Part shown: piece by piece, positions 40,662 through 49,800 of the stretch
Layout: the number at the start of each line of letters is the position of its first letter
Position numbering within the stretch: position 1 is the stretch's first letter
Source of the DNA: Oceanispirochaeta sp.
GTDB taxonomy: Bacteria; Spirochaetota; Spirochaetia; DSM-2461
Assembly: GCA_963663385.2 (NCBI GenBank)
Contig: CAXXXD010000001.1
Coordinates: 320,001-384,000, forward strand
Direction: 5' to 3'
DNA: 64,000 nt
Program-made: the position numbers and the translations under genes
The notes under the pieces: generated by a model
What the model saw: only the letters and a program-made list of their open reading frames with translations
The model's database searches: none
Told to the model about the DNA's origin: nothing

Positions 40662-41825
40662 TCAAAAGGAGCGGCTGAAATTTTCTTCCGCCGTTTTTTC
40701 AACTTTTTTTCTGAATACCGACTTTGCAATCAGCTCCTCCAGCTTTGCCTCGAAGGCCTCTTCATCCACAGGGATTTCCACCATTTTTCCCTCAAAGCTG
40801 GAGAGCATAATGGCATTGTCCATGGCGATGGAGCCGATGCCCTCTGCAGCAGGCGCTATAAGCTCGGCTCTTCCGGCGATGGCGTCGCAGAAATTCTCAA
40901 GGATGATCCGATGCTCTCCCCCTCCGGCGTCAAAGGGTATATCAACGGTCCAGCACTCGGGCTTTTCAAAACCCTTTTCAGCGTTTTTAAGATGATTGAG
41001 AAGCGATTCCCTGTTCCGGAGAAAGGTCAGTCTGTCTCCTTCCCAGATCAGCCGACCCTGCTCTCCCGCAATTTCCAGACGGTTCGTCCCGGGAGCCTCT
41101 CCGGTCGATGTAATGAAATGCCCCACCATACCGTTATCGTATTCAAAGTAGGCCGTTACTTCGTCTTCCACTTCGATGTCATGGTATTTCCCCAGCGAGG
41201 CGAAGCCTCTGACTCGGTCGGGACAGCCGGCGAACCACTGAAACATATCGAGCTGATGGGGACACTGGTTCATGAGAACCCCGCCCCCCTCACCGGCCCA
41301 GGTGGCCCTCCAGCCTCCCGAATTATAGTAGGACTGAGTGCGGTACCAGTCGGTAATAATCCAGGTCATCCGGATCAGTTTCCCCAGTTCCCCCGCATCG
41401 ATCAGTTCCTTGATTTTCCGGGCGGCCCCCCGGGTCCTCTGCTGGAACATGGCGGAGAAAACCAGGCCGGGGGTCTCTTTCCGGGCGGCCTCCCAGGCGG
41501 AAATCATCTTCCGGATATCCTTCACATGGACGCCGACCGGTTTCTCTGTCAGAACGTGGATCCCTCTGGCAAAGGCCTCTACAGCGATGGTCGTGTGGGC
41601 GTAGTGGGGGGTGGCGATGACGATGCCGTCAATCCCGCCGGCGCCGAACAGATCTTCGGTCGAGTTATATCCCCTGCAGCCGTATAAGGCGGCAGCGGCG
41701 TCGGTCTTTTCCGCAGCAATATCGCAGACAGCAGCCAGCTCGGCGGTATCCATAGAAGTGATATCCCGGCAATGGCAGGTTCCCATATTTCCCAGGCCGA
41801 TAACGGCCAGTCTGATTTTATCCAT
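40662..41825 (-). CDS. Gfo/Idh/MocA oxidoreductase
   Basis: GLGNMG, IATPH, EKP, GGGVLMNQCPHQLD. Confidence 0.92.
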   Translation of the reverse strand: MDKIRLAVIGLGNMGTCHCRDITSMDTAELAAVCDIAAEKTDAAAALYGCRGYNSTEDLFGAGGIDGIVIATPHYAHTTIAVEAFARGIHVLTEKPVGVHVKDIRKMISAWEAARKETPGLVFSAMFQQRTRGAARKIKELIDAGELGKLIRMTWIITDWYRTQSYYNSGGWRATWAGEGGGVLMNQCPHQLDMFQWFAGCPDRVRGFASLGKYHDIEVEDEVTAYFEYDNGMVGHFITSTGEAPGTNRLEIAGEQGRLIWEGDRLTFLRNRESLLNHLKNAEKGFEKPECWTVDIPFDAGGGEHRIILENFCDAIAGRAELIAPAAEGIGSIAMDNAIMLSSFEGKMVEIPVDEEAFEAKLEELIAKSVFRKKVEKTAEENFSRSF

Positions 41826-41884
41826 TTATCTCTCCTATAAAAAGTCAATCATAAGCCTATTAACAAGCTTACAATTGAACCGGA

Positions 41885-42997
41885 TTACCCAGTTTTTACG
41901 GCATTGAATGCAGCCGCCTGCATCTTCAAGTACTTATCATCCGGAACCATCTTCAACGGATCAAAGGGTTCACGGGTTTTCAATATGGAGTACACTACCG
42001 TACTCATCTTTCTTGCAGAGGCGATAATACTCGTGCCGCTGCCCTTGTTCTTCTTCATCGCTCTGTACTTCGTCATGATACGGTAATTGCCAGTCGTTTT
42101 CCGAGTTCTAACCATTCCCATAACACACTGAACAAATGCCGTTCTCAGTTCTACAGCCCCTCTCTTTGTTATATGCCCATGATGAATCGTCTCATTGGAG
42201 TTCTGCACCCATGGTACAAGACCGGCATAAGCCGAATACTTCTTGGCACTGGCGTACCGCTTGATATCATCCGTATAGGCCCTAATAGTCGATGCCGTTA
42301 TCAATCCGACTCCCGGGATCGTCTGCAATAACTGTACATCCTCATCTTCCTTTACAAGTTCCAGCAGGACTTTCTCTAACTGCTTGACCTGGTTCGAAAC
42401 CTGATCTATCGTAGAAAGCAGCGGTTCTATCGCTTTGGCAGCGCTTCCGAAACTCCTATGGTCCACGAGACCGATGAGGATGCGCTGCCTTTCTTTTTTA
42501 CTCTGCAGCGCAGCTCTTTTTGTTTCAATTCCATACCCTAGAAGCAGTCCGTGAACCTGATTCTTCAAAGATACGACTGATTTAACAAGGATAGTTCTGG
42601 ATTTAAGAACTCTACGGATATCCTCACTCTCCTGAGAACAAAGCTGTGATTCGGGAAGCATATCTTTTTCCAAGAACTCTGCTAGAGTTCTGGCATCATG
42701 CTTATCCGTCTTTTTCACTGATTCATTTACAACTTTGAATTTCAGTGTATTCACAACCACCACCTCAATCCCTGCTAGCAATAGCTTGTTACGGAAGAAC
42801 CGGGCATTTCCTGTTGATTCCACTGCAGCCCTAACATCAAGGCCCTCTTCTGTATAGGACACTGCTTTCTCAAGAAATGCTCTGTAACCGTCCTCAGAGG
42901 TCGGATACATTCCTGATTCACAAATGCTTCTATCATCACTCAGGAAACAGACTGTTAACTGGGATTTGTGCAGATCCACTCCGATACTCATCTTCAT
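41885..42997 (-). CDS. IS110 DEDD transposase/recombinase
   Basis: GVDLHK, AVEST, KTDKHDA (RuvC-like DEDD), TIPGVG, AYAGLVP..QNS, ARK; ATG 42997 with TAGGAG RBS. Confidence 0.93.
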   Translation of the reverse strand: MKMSIGVDLHKSQLTVCFLSDDRSICESGMYPTSEDGYRAFLEKAVSYTEEGLDVRAAVESTGNARFFRNKLLLAGIEVVVVNTLKFKVVNESVKKTDKHDARTLAEFLEKDMLPESQLCSQESEDIRRVLKSRTILVKSVVSLKNQVHGLLLGYGIETKRAALQSKKERQRILIGLVDHRSFGSAAKAIEPLLSTIDQVSNQVKQLEKVLLELVKEDEDVQLLQTIPGVGLITASTIRAYTDDIKRYASAKKYSAYAGLVPWVQNSNETIHHGHITKRGAVELRTAFVQCVMGMVRTRKTTGNYRIMTKYRAMKKNKGSGTSIIASARKMSTVVYSILKTREPFDPLKMVPDDKYLKMQAAAFNAVKTG

Positions 42998-43011
42998 ACC
43001 TTCGCTCCTAT

Positions 43012-43172
43012 TGCCTAAAACAGCGCCTGTACGGTGAATTGATTCCATTCTCCTATCCGGTCTCGAAGACCATTGAATGTTTCGGTCACGGCTCTTCATT
43101 CTCCTGTACGGTCTCGGAGACCAGTAAAAATGGCGAACAGTAACCTGGCTGTTCTAAACGATGTTTAGAACA
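43012..43172 (-). ncRNA. Putative bridge/seek-type guide RNA in the IS110 non-coding end
   Basis: Hairpin TGTTCTAAAC-N3-GTTTAGAACA (43150-72), then two internal loops closed by GGTCT-NNN-AGACC whose strands match target and donor; ends approximate. Confidence 0.75.
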
Positions 43173-43177
43173 TTGTA

Positions 43178-44314
43178 TCAATCCACAAGCCTATGAAGAC
43201 TTTTTATCATTCCTCCTGTATATTCCAGTATTCGCGGTTCCACCCATGTTTCGAGAGGAATGGCAATCGGGCAGTTTTGAAAATGAGACTGGTAGAGAGC
43301 CAGTACGGTTTCCGTTGTCTCAGCCAGATCCGCCAGGCTCACGACAGGCTCATAGATCTCTCCCTTTTCCCTCATTTCCATAGCGGTTAAAATATCTCTG
43401 TAGTTCTCTCTGTGAAGCGCCCCGTAACAGGATTTTCCCGGGGCTTCAGACGTTCCGTTATCTGTAAAGGGTTCCAGCCTTTCAGTCAGTTCGGGATCTG
43501 TGCAGCTGAATCCACTGCTCCCGGTCAGAGTCAGAATCCCCCGGTCAAACCGCAGGGTCAGCCGCGGATCCCACGGAGTAGTAAGGTCATTCTCGAAATG
43601 CAGACTTATCTTCTGCGATTTCACAATGTCCCGGGGATAGCAAAGTTCTCCCGATCCTTTATCTTCCACTTCGATGGATGCGATTTTCTCTCTGTACAAG
43701 CGGTATTCCGCCGATTCCGGCCGGCCGATCAGATAGTGAAGGAGGTCCAGTGTATGAATCCCCTGATTGATGAGAGTCCCGCCCCCCTCCTCAAGCCATG
43801 TTCCCCTCCAGGAATCGCTTTCATAATAGGCGGGAGGTCTGGTACACAGGAATGTGATATCTCCCCCCAGAGTCTGTCCCAGAGTATTTTCCCGGATAAG
43901 ATTTCTCACTTCTCCGATCAGAGGGGAGAAGCGGTGCTGAAAGATCCCGAAAGAAAAGATTCCCCGTTCTTCCGCATTCAAGGCGGCAGTTTTCATACGG
44001 GCAAGCTGCTCCAGCGAGACAGCAAGGGGTTTTTCGCATATAACATGTTTGCCCGCTTCCAGGGCGTCAACCAGCGCCTGTTCATGAAGGTGGTGAGGAA
44101 GACAGAGCGCCACGGCCTGAATATCGGCAGAACACAGCATTTCCTTCCAGTCACTGTAAAGCCGACAGTTCCGACGGGAATCTAGTTTTGACAGTTTTTC
44201 CGGGTCTGTATCGCACAATGCCGACAACAAGGCCCGACCGTCATTCTCTATAGCCCAGGCATGGCTTTCCGCAATACTGCCGCATCCGATAATACCGATC
44301 TTCAGTTTCTTCAT
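43178..44314 (-). CDS. Gfo/Idh/MocA oxidoreductase; last 11 residues encoded by the IS end
   Basis: IGIIGCGSIA, CEKP, GGGTLINQGIHTLD; ATG 44314 preferred. Confidence 0.88.
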   Translation of the reverse strand: MKKLKIGIIGCGSIAESHAWAIENDGRALLSALCDTDPEKLSKLDSRRNCRLYSDWKEMLCSADIQAVALCLPHHLHEQALVDALEAGKHVICEKPLAVSLEQLARMKTAALNAEERGIFSFGIFQHRFSPLIGEVRNLIRENTLGQTLGGDITFLCTRPPAYYESDSWRGTWLEEGGGTLINQGIHTLDLLHYLIGRPESAEYRLYREKIASIEVEDKGSGELCYPRDIVKSQKISLHFENDLTTPWDPRLTLRFDRGILTLTGSSGFSCTDPELTERLEPFTDNGTSEAPGKSCYGALHRENYRDILTAMEMREKGEIYEPVVSLADLAETTETVLALYQSHFQNCPIAIPLETWVEPRILEYTGGMIKSLHRLVD

Positions 44315-44409
44315 ATCCCTACCATAATTCCGGTTCCAGCATTTATGAATGACTGTATTCTGAAGAAACATGGACTTTTTCTGACTATTTACTATAATCT
44401 AGGAGTATT

Positions 44410-45237
44410 ATGAGAGACAGAGAACCTTTTTTTAAAACCATTCCCTACCGAAACAGCATTCTCGATATAGATACGGATCCCTATCCCCAGGTTCAGGGGG
44501 CCGAGTGGTCCATTGAGAACAGGACCATGAACGATTACGACCTTTTCATCTGCCAAGAGGGGAGCGCCCGCTTTGCCATCGGATCAGCGACCTATGACCT
44601 CAGGCCCGGAATGGCACTTCTGGTTCCGCCGAACCAGCTGATCAACGCTCGTCGAACCAGCGACAAGCCTTTGAAGATGATCGCCCAGCACTTTATGCTC
44701 TACCTCTTCAACAGAACGGATTTTTTCAGCCTTATACAATACTGCCCCTGTGTTTCTCTGCCTAACTGGAATTTTCTCTCCTCAATCTGTCTGGAGATCT
44801 GGAAAATCAGATCGTCCGCAGGCGAAAAATGGACTCCTTACGATACAAGCTCCCTTTTCAGGATTCTTCTGGACGCCTATATAGACGAAGCATACGAAGG
44901 AGAGGATTTCCGGGAGGAACGGAAGAGTTCCCTGGTTCTCAGGATGATCGGAGCGATCGAACAGGATTACAGGAATCCTCTGCTGCTGGAAAAGCTCATG
45001 GACCGTTCGGCCTTCGGTTACAGCCATACGGCCAACACCTTCAAAGAGTATACGGGTCTCTCACTGAAGGCTTACATAATAGAAAGACGAATCGGCGCAG
45101 CAAAAGAGGCGCTTCTGAAGGGGGGCAGCGTACGGGAGAGCGCGGAAGCCGCGGGATACGAAGATGAGTTCTATTTTTCGCGCATCTTCAAAAAATACAC
45201 GGGAACCTCTCCCCGGGATTTCAGAAAGAGGATCTAA
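44410..45237 (+). CDS. AraC-family regulator, divergent from the oxidoreductase operon
   Basis: Cupin-like N-terminus; C-terminal AGYEDEFYFSRIFKKYTGTSPRDFR. Confidence 0.92.
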   Translation: MRDREPFFKTIPYRNSILDIDTDPYPQVQGAEWSIENRTMNDYDLFICQEGSARFAIGSATYDLRPGMALLVPPNQLINARRTSDKPLKMIAQHFMLYLFNRTDFFSLIQYCPCVSLPNWNFLSSICLEIWKIRSSAGEKWTPYDTSSLFRILLDAYIDEAYEGEDFREERKSSLVLRMIGAIEQDYRNPLLLEKLMDRSAFGYSHTANTFKEYTGLSLKAYIIERRIGAAKEALLKGGSVRESAEAAGYEDEFYFSRIFKKYTGTSPRDFRKRI

Positions 45238-45702
45238 CACTGTCGAAAGGGATTCTCCTGTTCTGTCGGTTGAACCGCCTGACCATCAGGTTAAACTCCT
45301 TCCGAGACTCTGATTACACAGACTTCTCAGAAAGTACGATAGCCGAAGTAAATAGACAGCATTATTTTAATTGTCATAAAAATACTACAAATGTCAGAAA
45401 TTAATAATTGATAAACTATAAAATCGAAAACGATAATGATTAATAAAGTAATCCATTTGCATATTACGACTTTTTCCACTTCATAAGAAACTTGTGATAC
45501 CGGAGATACCGACAGAAGTGATTTCTGTTAACCTTATATAGAGAGAAATATCTGCTTATTCAATAATTAGGTTATAATCAGAATTTCATCGAAGGAGTGC
45601 TTCTGTGGTATTATACATCACACGACAACGTGATAGGAGAAATATTCCTGCCAGGCTGACTTTTGAATCTAAAGATGTTTATGTGTCTCCAGCAGATTTT
45701 AT

Positions 45703-48075
45703 ATGGTACTCTTTTCTCCCATGAAGATTTTCAGCCGTCAATCCAGGAGTAACAGGAACTACCCCTATTATTACAAAATCCTTTTCAGCATACTGCTCTT
45801 ATCATTGATCCCTTCTACGATAATGACACTCTATTATTCGCAGAGTTCTCTGTCTCTCATTCGGGAGAAGGCAAAAGAAACAAACCTGCTATATCTCAGA
45901 CTGATGAGTAACTCTCTGGAAATCGTCATTGAAAACATACTTGATTTTTCCAATTTACTAGCCATAGACAATGTTTTCAGTGATTATGTACGGATCGCCG
46001 ATAAAAAATACTTTGAACAATTCAGCGAAGTATCCCAATACTATTCCGAACAGGATTTCAAAAGGTTTTATGAATACCTGAACATTCGTGGTGAGATATA
46101 CGATACATTGGAAACCATGACTTTATCCAATGAGTTTATTGATTCCATATACTTTCTGGATTCATCCAGAGATATGGTCTTTCGAAACGGAAGGTTACCC
46201 GAACCATTTAAATCCTTTCCCGACAAAGCCTGGAAAAGAGTCCTTGACAATAATGAACTGCTCCCCCATATCATGTCGATTCGCAGAGTGGAAGGGGAAG
46301 ATAAAAACAGCAAAAACATTATTTCCATCATTTCCGAAAATATAGAAGAGGAGATCCCCTTTATTATTAACCTTGATGCGGAAGTCCTCTACCGGGCTAT
46401 TATCAGCAGCGTCGACTGGGATCCCGATAATATCTTTTTTATCCTTTCGAAATCCGGAGAACCACTCCTCTATTCATCAAAGGATCGTCATGTTATCAGT
46501 AAGATTTCCATTCTTTCCGAAAATAAATATCTTACCGATTCTGATTTTCTGACCATCGGAAACAGACAGTATATGATCAACAGTCTCAAGATAGAGCCTC
46601 TGGGATGGACTGTTTATTCCGCATCTGATGTTGATAAATTCAAGAAGGCCGTACACCCGCTTCGAGTAAAAGTATTCGCGTTAGCAATGCTCTTTTTTCC
46701 TTTATCATTGCTTCTTGCCTACTATCTGGGACAGAAATTGTACCGTCCTATAAGAAAACTCTCCGGTTACGTGCAGGCATATTATACAGATCCGGAGACA
46801 GAGGAAACAACGGATCATGGGGATTTAAGTATAATATGGCGATCGCTTAAAACATCCAGACAAAGAGAGATGAAGCTTGAAGAGAAGTTCAGGGAAAGCC
46901 TTCCATCCTATCGCAATGATTTTTTAAAACGATTACTGCTTGATCACAATTATCATATTGATGAAATCCTTGAGCGATTAAAGTATATCTCTTCACCTCT
47001 TAAGGCAGAAAATCTGGCCATTATAATAATCCGACCCGATGATTCCCATAACAGTTCATTGTCAATTTCGGAAAAAATGGTTTTCGGTCTGAAGATCGAG
47101 CAGATTGTTTCAGAAGATTTTTTTACCGCTTTTCCCGGAGAGTTCCTATCCATGTCTTCATCTGAATACTGTGTAATCTTCAATTCTCCTCAAACCGGTT
47201 TAAATTCTGTAGTTTCTGAAATTGATGCCCTGATGGATTCTCTGAAAAATCGATTATCTATGGAGTTTACTTTCGGAATCGGTTCTCCGGCAAGAAGCAT
47301 ATTTGACCTGAATATGACCTATACCGAGGCCTTGGATGCCATCAGACTCAGATCTATAGCCGATACAGGCCATGCTATCTTTTATGAAGACATGAAAATC
47401 GGCGATATTCAATCTAACGTATATGATCCGACAAACAAAACGTCCCTATTGAAAGATAGCATTAAAATGGGAAATATCGACGAATCCGTACGTGTTATAA
47501 ATGAAATCGATAGTGATTTACGACTATTAAAAGATTCCCTGAGCTTCAGGAAAGCAAAACAGATATACATAACGATTCTGAATGAACTCTTATATACTCT
47601 GAATGATCTGGGGTTGGAATCAGAAAGTGTATTGAATAGCACAAGTCCTTTTGAAGAACTGTTTGCCCTTAGTACGATAAAGGATATTAATACCTGGATG
47701 ATTGAGCTGGTTACAGATCTGGCAACACAGATAGGGAATCTTTCCAGAGAGAAAAAAAACAGAAAAATTGAAGCGGTACTCTCGGTTGTAGAAAATGAAT
47801 GCGGTCAGGATATCAATTTGAATATAATTGCAGACAGGATTAATTTAAACCCGTCATATGTAAGCCGATTGTTCAAGGAGCATATGAACAAGTCCTTTAT
47901 TGATTATCTGACTGATGTAAGAATGGATAAAGCTATGGTCCTCTTGAAGGAAACAGACTTGAAAATCAGTGAGATCGGTACAGAAGTCGGTTATTTCAAC
48001 AGCAATTATTTTATTCGGATATTCAAAAAGAAAACGGGCCGAACACCCGGAGAGTATAGGCAGCTGTTTCAATAG
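45703..48075 (+). CDS. Membrane-anchored AraC-family regulator (YesS/YtdP-like)
   Basis: Two TM helices flanking a sensor domain; C-terminal LNPSYVSRLFK...VGYFNSNYFIRIFKK. Confidence 0.88.
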   Translation: MVLFSPMKIFSRQSRSNRNYPYYYKILFSILLLSLIPSTIMTLYYSQSSLSLIREKAKETNLLYLRLMSNSLEIVIENILDFSNLLAIDNVFSDYVRIADKKYFEQFSEVSQYYSEQDFKRFYEYLNIRGEIYDTLETMTLSNEFIDSIYFLDSSRDMVFRNGRLPEPFKSFPDKAWKRVLDNNELLPHIMSIRRVEGEDKNSKNIISIISENIEEEIPFIINLDAEVLYRAIISSVDWDPDNIFFILSKSGEPLLYSSKDRHVISKISILSENKYLTDSDFLTIGNRQYMINSLKIEPLGWTVYSASDVDKFKKAVHPLRVKVFALAMLFFPLSLLLAYYLGQKLYRPIRKLSGYVQAYYTDPETEETTDHGDLSIIWRSLKTSRQREMKLEEKFRESLPSYRNDFLKRLLLDHNYHIDEILERLKYISSPLKAENLAIIIIRPDDSHNSSLSISEKMVFGLKIEQIVSEDFFTAFPGEFLSMSSSEYCVIFNSPQTGLNSVVSEIDALMDSLKNRLSMEFTFGIGSPARSIFDLNMTYTEALDAIRLRSIADTGHAIFYEDMKIGDIQSNVYDPTNKTSLLKDSIKMGNIDESVRVINEIDSDLRLLKDSLSFRKAKQIYITILNELLYTLNDLGLESESVLNSTSPFEELFALSTIKDINTWMIELVTDLATQIGNLSREKKNRKIEAVLSVVENECGQDINLNIIADRINLNPSYVSRLFKEHMNKSFIDYLTDVRMDKAMVLLKETDLKISEIGTEVGYFNSNYFIRIFKKKTGRTPGEYRQLFQ

Positions 48076-48204
48076 CACTATTCCCGGAATAATAGAACTT
48101 TTTCAACTTTAAGAAACTGTATCTGAAAAGTCAAATTATCATCAGATACCAAATCTCCCCGGAGGTGTAATGTGATTTATCAAACATTTTCAAAAGGAGA
48201 AAAA

Positions 48205-49734
48205 ATGAAAAGAGTACTGATTCTATTCACAGCCTTTCTGCTTTCAACCAATGTCTACTCTTCCGGTTCTCAGGAGACCGGAGAGGAACAAGTCACACCA
48301 AAAATCGTTATCTACAATAATAACGGTGTTATCAGCGGTGCAGGCGGAGAGACCGCCAGCTCTCCGGAAATTCTGGAAAAAATGAAAGCCTGGGTTCTCA
48401 CGGAAACCGGTATAGAGGTAGAAGTTATCGCTCCTGTTGTGGGACAGGAATCACAGAAACTGAACCTGCTCCTCGCCTCCGGAGCGCAGGTTGATGCATT
48501 CTGGGGTAACTGGCCGGATTTTGCCTCAAGGAACATGATTCTTCCATTGAACGATTTATTAAAGGATCACGGTTCAGCCATTCTGGGAGCATGGCCAGAA
48601 GAGTCTTTTAATGCCATGTCCGACCCCAAGGGGACATTGTGGGGGATTCCCAGATCGACACCCTTTATGGGAAATCCTCTTTTTGTGCGAGCCGACTGGG
48701 CTGAAAAATTTGGAATGGGCATTCCGGAAACAATAGAAGAACTGGATGCTTATTTTGCTGCTGTCAAGAAAAATGAACCAAACGCAATTCCTCTTCTGGC
48801 GGAAATGAAAGGGAAACATGGTTCCAGTGGTATATTCCAGACATTCCTTGGCGCCTTTACTGAGTATGGAGCCAGTAACTGGCTGGATAACGATGGGAAG
48901 ATTAAACCTCAGGAATTACAACCGGGATATAGGGAATTCATAGTAAAAATGAATGAGTGGTACAAAGCCGGATATATTTATCCGGAATTTGCCTCTCTAA
49001 ACCGTAATATTATCAGGGATTTGATCAAATCCGGTAAAGTTGCAGCCAATGCCACATGGTACTCCAATGTAACGGTACCCTACGCAACAACTGAAGCTAA
49101 TAACCCGGGAATCGATATGCAATTCCCCGAAGGCGGTCTTGTCGGACCTTCCGGAAAAGCGGAAACAATTAAACCCGCCGGAGTTGAAGGCATGCTTATT
49201 TCCGCAAGATGCGAGAATCCGGAAGCGGTTATTCAAGTAATGGATTTTTTCTATTCTGATCCTGCCAATCATCAGGTTGCTTACATGGGCCCCGAAAACG
49301 GATTGTGGAAATGGACTGATAAAGAGAATCTTCAGTTTGAAATTCTTAAAGAAAGAACAGGATACCTTGGAGATTATGCCTTTGCAATGGGACTTCCCAT
49401 GGAACGTGCCGTATCAACAGACAGCCCCCAGATGGCAAAACACTTTGGATACCTTGGAGTGGGAACTGTCGGATCGGGAATCACTCCTGACGGACTGGAT
49501 TACTCAAGAGGCAAAATGCCTGTTGATGCGGGAGTTGTATACGACCCCCAGATCATAGAAAAAGAGATCCCCGGTTATACCGATCTGCAGCGAATGAGAG
49601 AGGAAGAAGTCATCAAATTCATTATGGGCGCAAGACCTATCGGAGAATGGGACTCTTTTATCGACGAGCTGTATTCCATCGGATTGAATGACTGGATTGA
49701 TGCTCATACAGAAATGTACAAATCTCAGAAATAA
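48205..49734 (+). CDS. Carbohydrate ABC transporter solute-binding protein (LplA-like)
   Basis: AAGGAG RBS, MKRVL...SSGSQE signal, KLNLLLASG, VRADW, KFIMG. Confidence 0.88.
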   Translation: MKRVLILFTAFLLSTNVYSSGSQETGEEQVTPKIVIYNNNGVISGAGGETASSPEILEKMKAWVLTETGIEVEVIAPVVGQESQKLNLLLASGAQVDAFWGNWPDFASRNMILPLNDLLKDHGSAILGAWPEESFNAMSDPKGTLWGIPRSTPFMGNPLFVRADWAEKFGMGIPETIEELDAYFAAVKKNEPNAIPLLAEMKGKHGSSGIFQTFLGAFTEYGASNWLDNDGKIKPQELQPGYREFIVKMNEWYKAGYIYPEFASLNRNIIRDLIKSGKVAANATWYSNVTVPYATTEANNPGIDMQFPEGGLVGPSGKAETIKPAGVEGMLISARCENPEAVIQVMDFFYSDPANHQVAYMGPENGLWKWTDKENLQFEILKERTGYLGDYAFAMGLPMERAVSTDSPQMAKHFGYLGVGTVGSGITPDGLDYSRGKMPVDAGVVYDPQIIEKEIPGYTDLQRMREEEVIKFIMGARPIGEWDSFIDELYSIGLNDWIDAHTEMYKSQK

Positions 49735-49800
49735 TATTTAGAACTATATTCTATTATCTGCTGTCCCGGATTCCCGGGGCAGCTCTTTCCTGGAGTAAAA

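Larger units (their letters stand above)
41832..43217 (-). mobile_element. IS110-family insertion sequence (1381 bp plus one copy of a 5-bp AGGAG repeat)
   Basis: Transposase; CTCCT at 41832-36 and 43213-17; sub-terminal inverted repeats ATAAAAAGTC (41837-46) / GACTTTTTAT (43198-207); removal restores a coupled gene junction. Confidence 0.88.

Noticed and set aside
40650..41687. Long antisense ORFs (this one of 345 aa, also 7967-8686, 43412-44185, 773-1408)
   Set aside because: Shadows of well-supported genes on the opposite strand, with no recognisable motifs
42998..43099. 34-aa N-terminal extension of the transposase in the ORF track
   Set aside because: Family homology starts at MKMSIGVD, which has its own RBS; the extension overlaps the structured guide region
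43021..43136. Reading the periodic units as a mini-CRISPR or a true TIGR-Tas locus
   Set aside because: Units are too short for CRISPR, the adjacent protein is a full IS110 transposase with element ends, and the segments match its own target and donor
45238..45702. AT-rich 465-bp intergenic region with TGTCA(T/G)AAA repeated 20 bp apart
   Set aside because: Compatible with ordinary regulator half-sites; not enough structure to call an ncRNA
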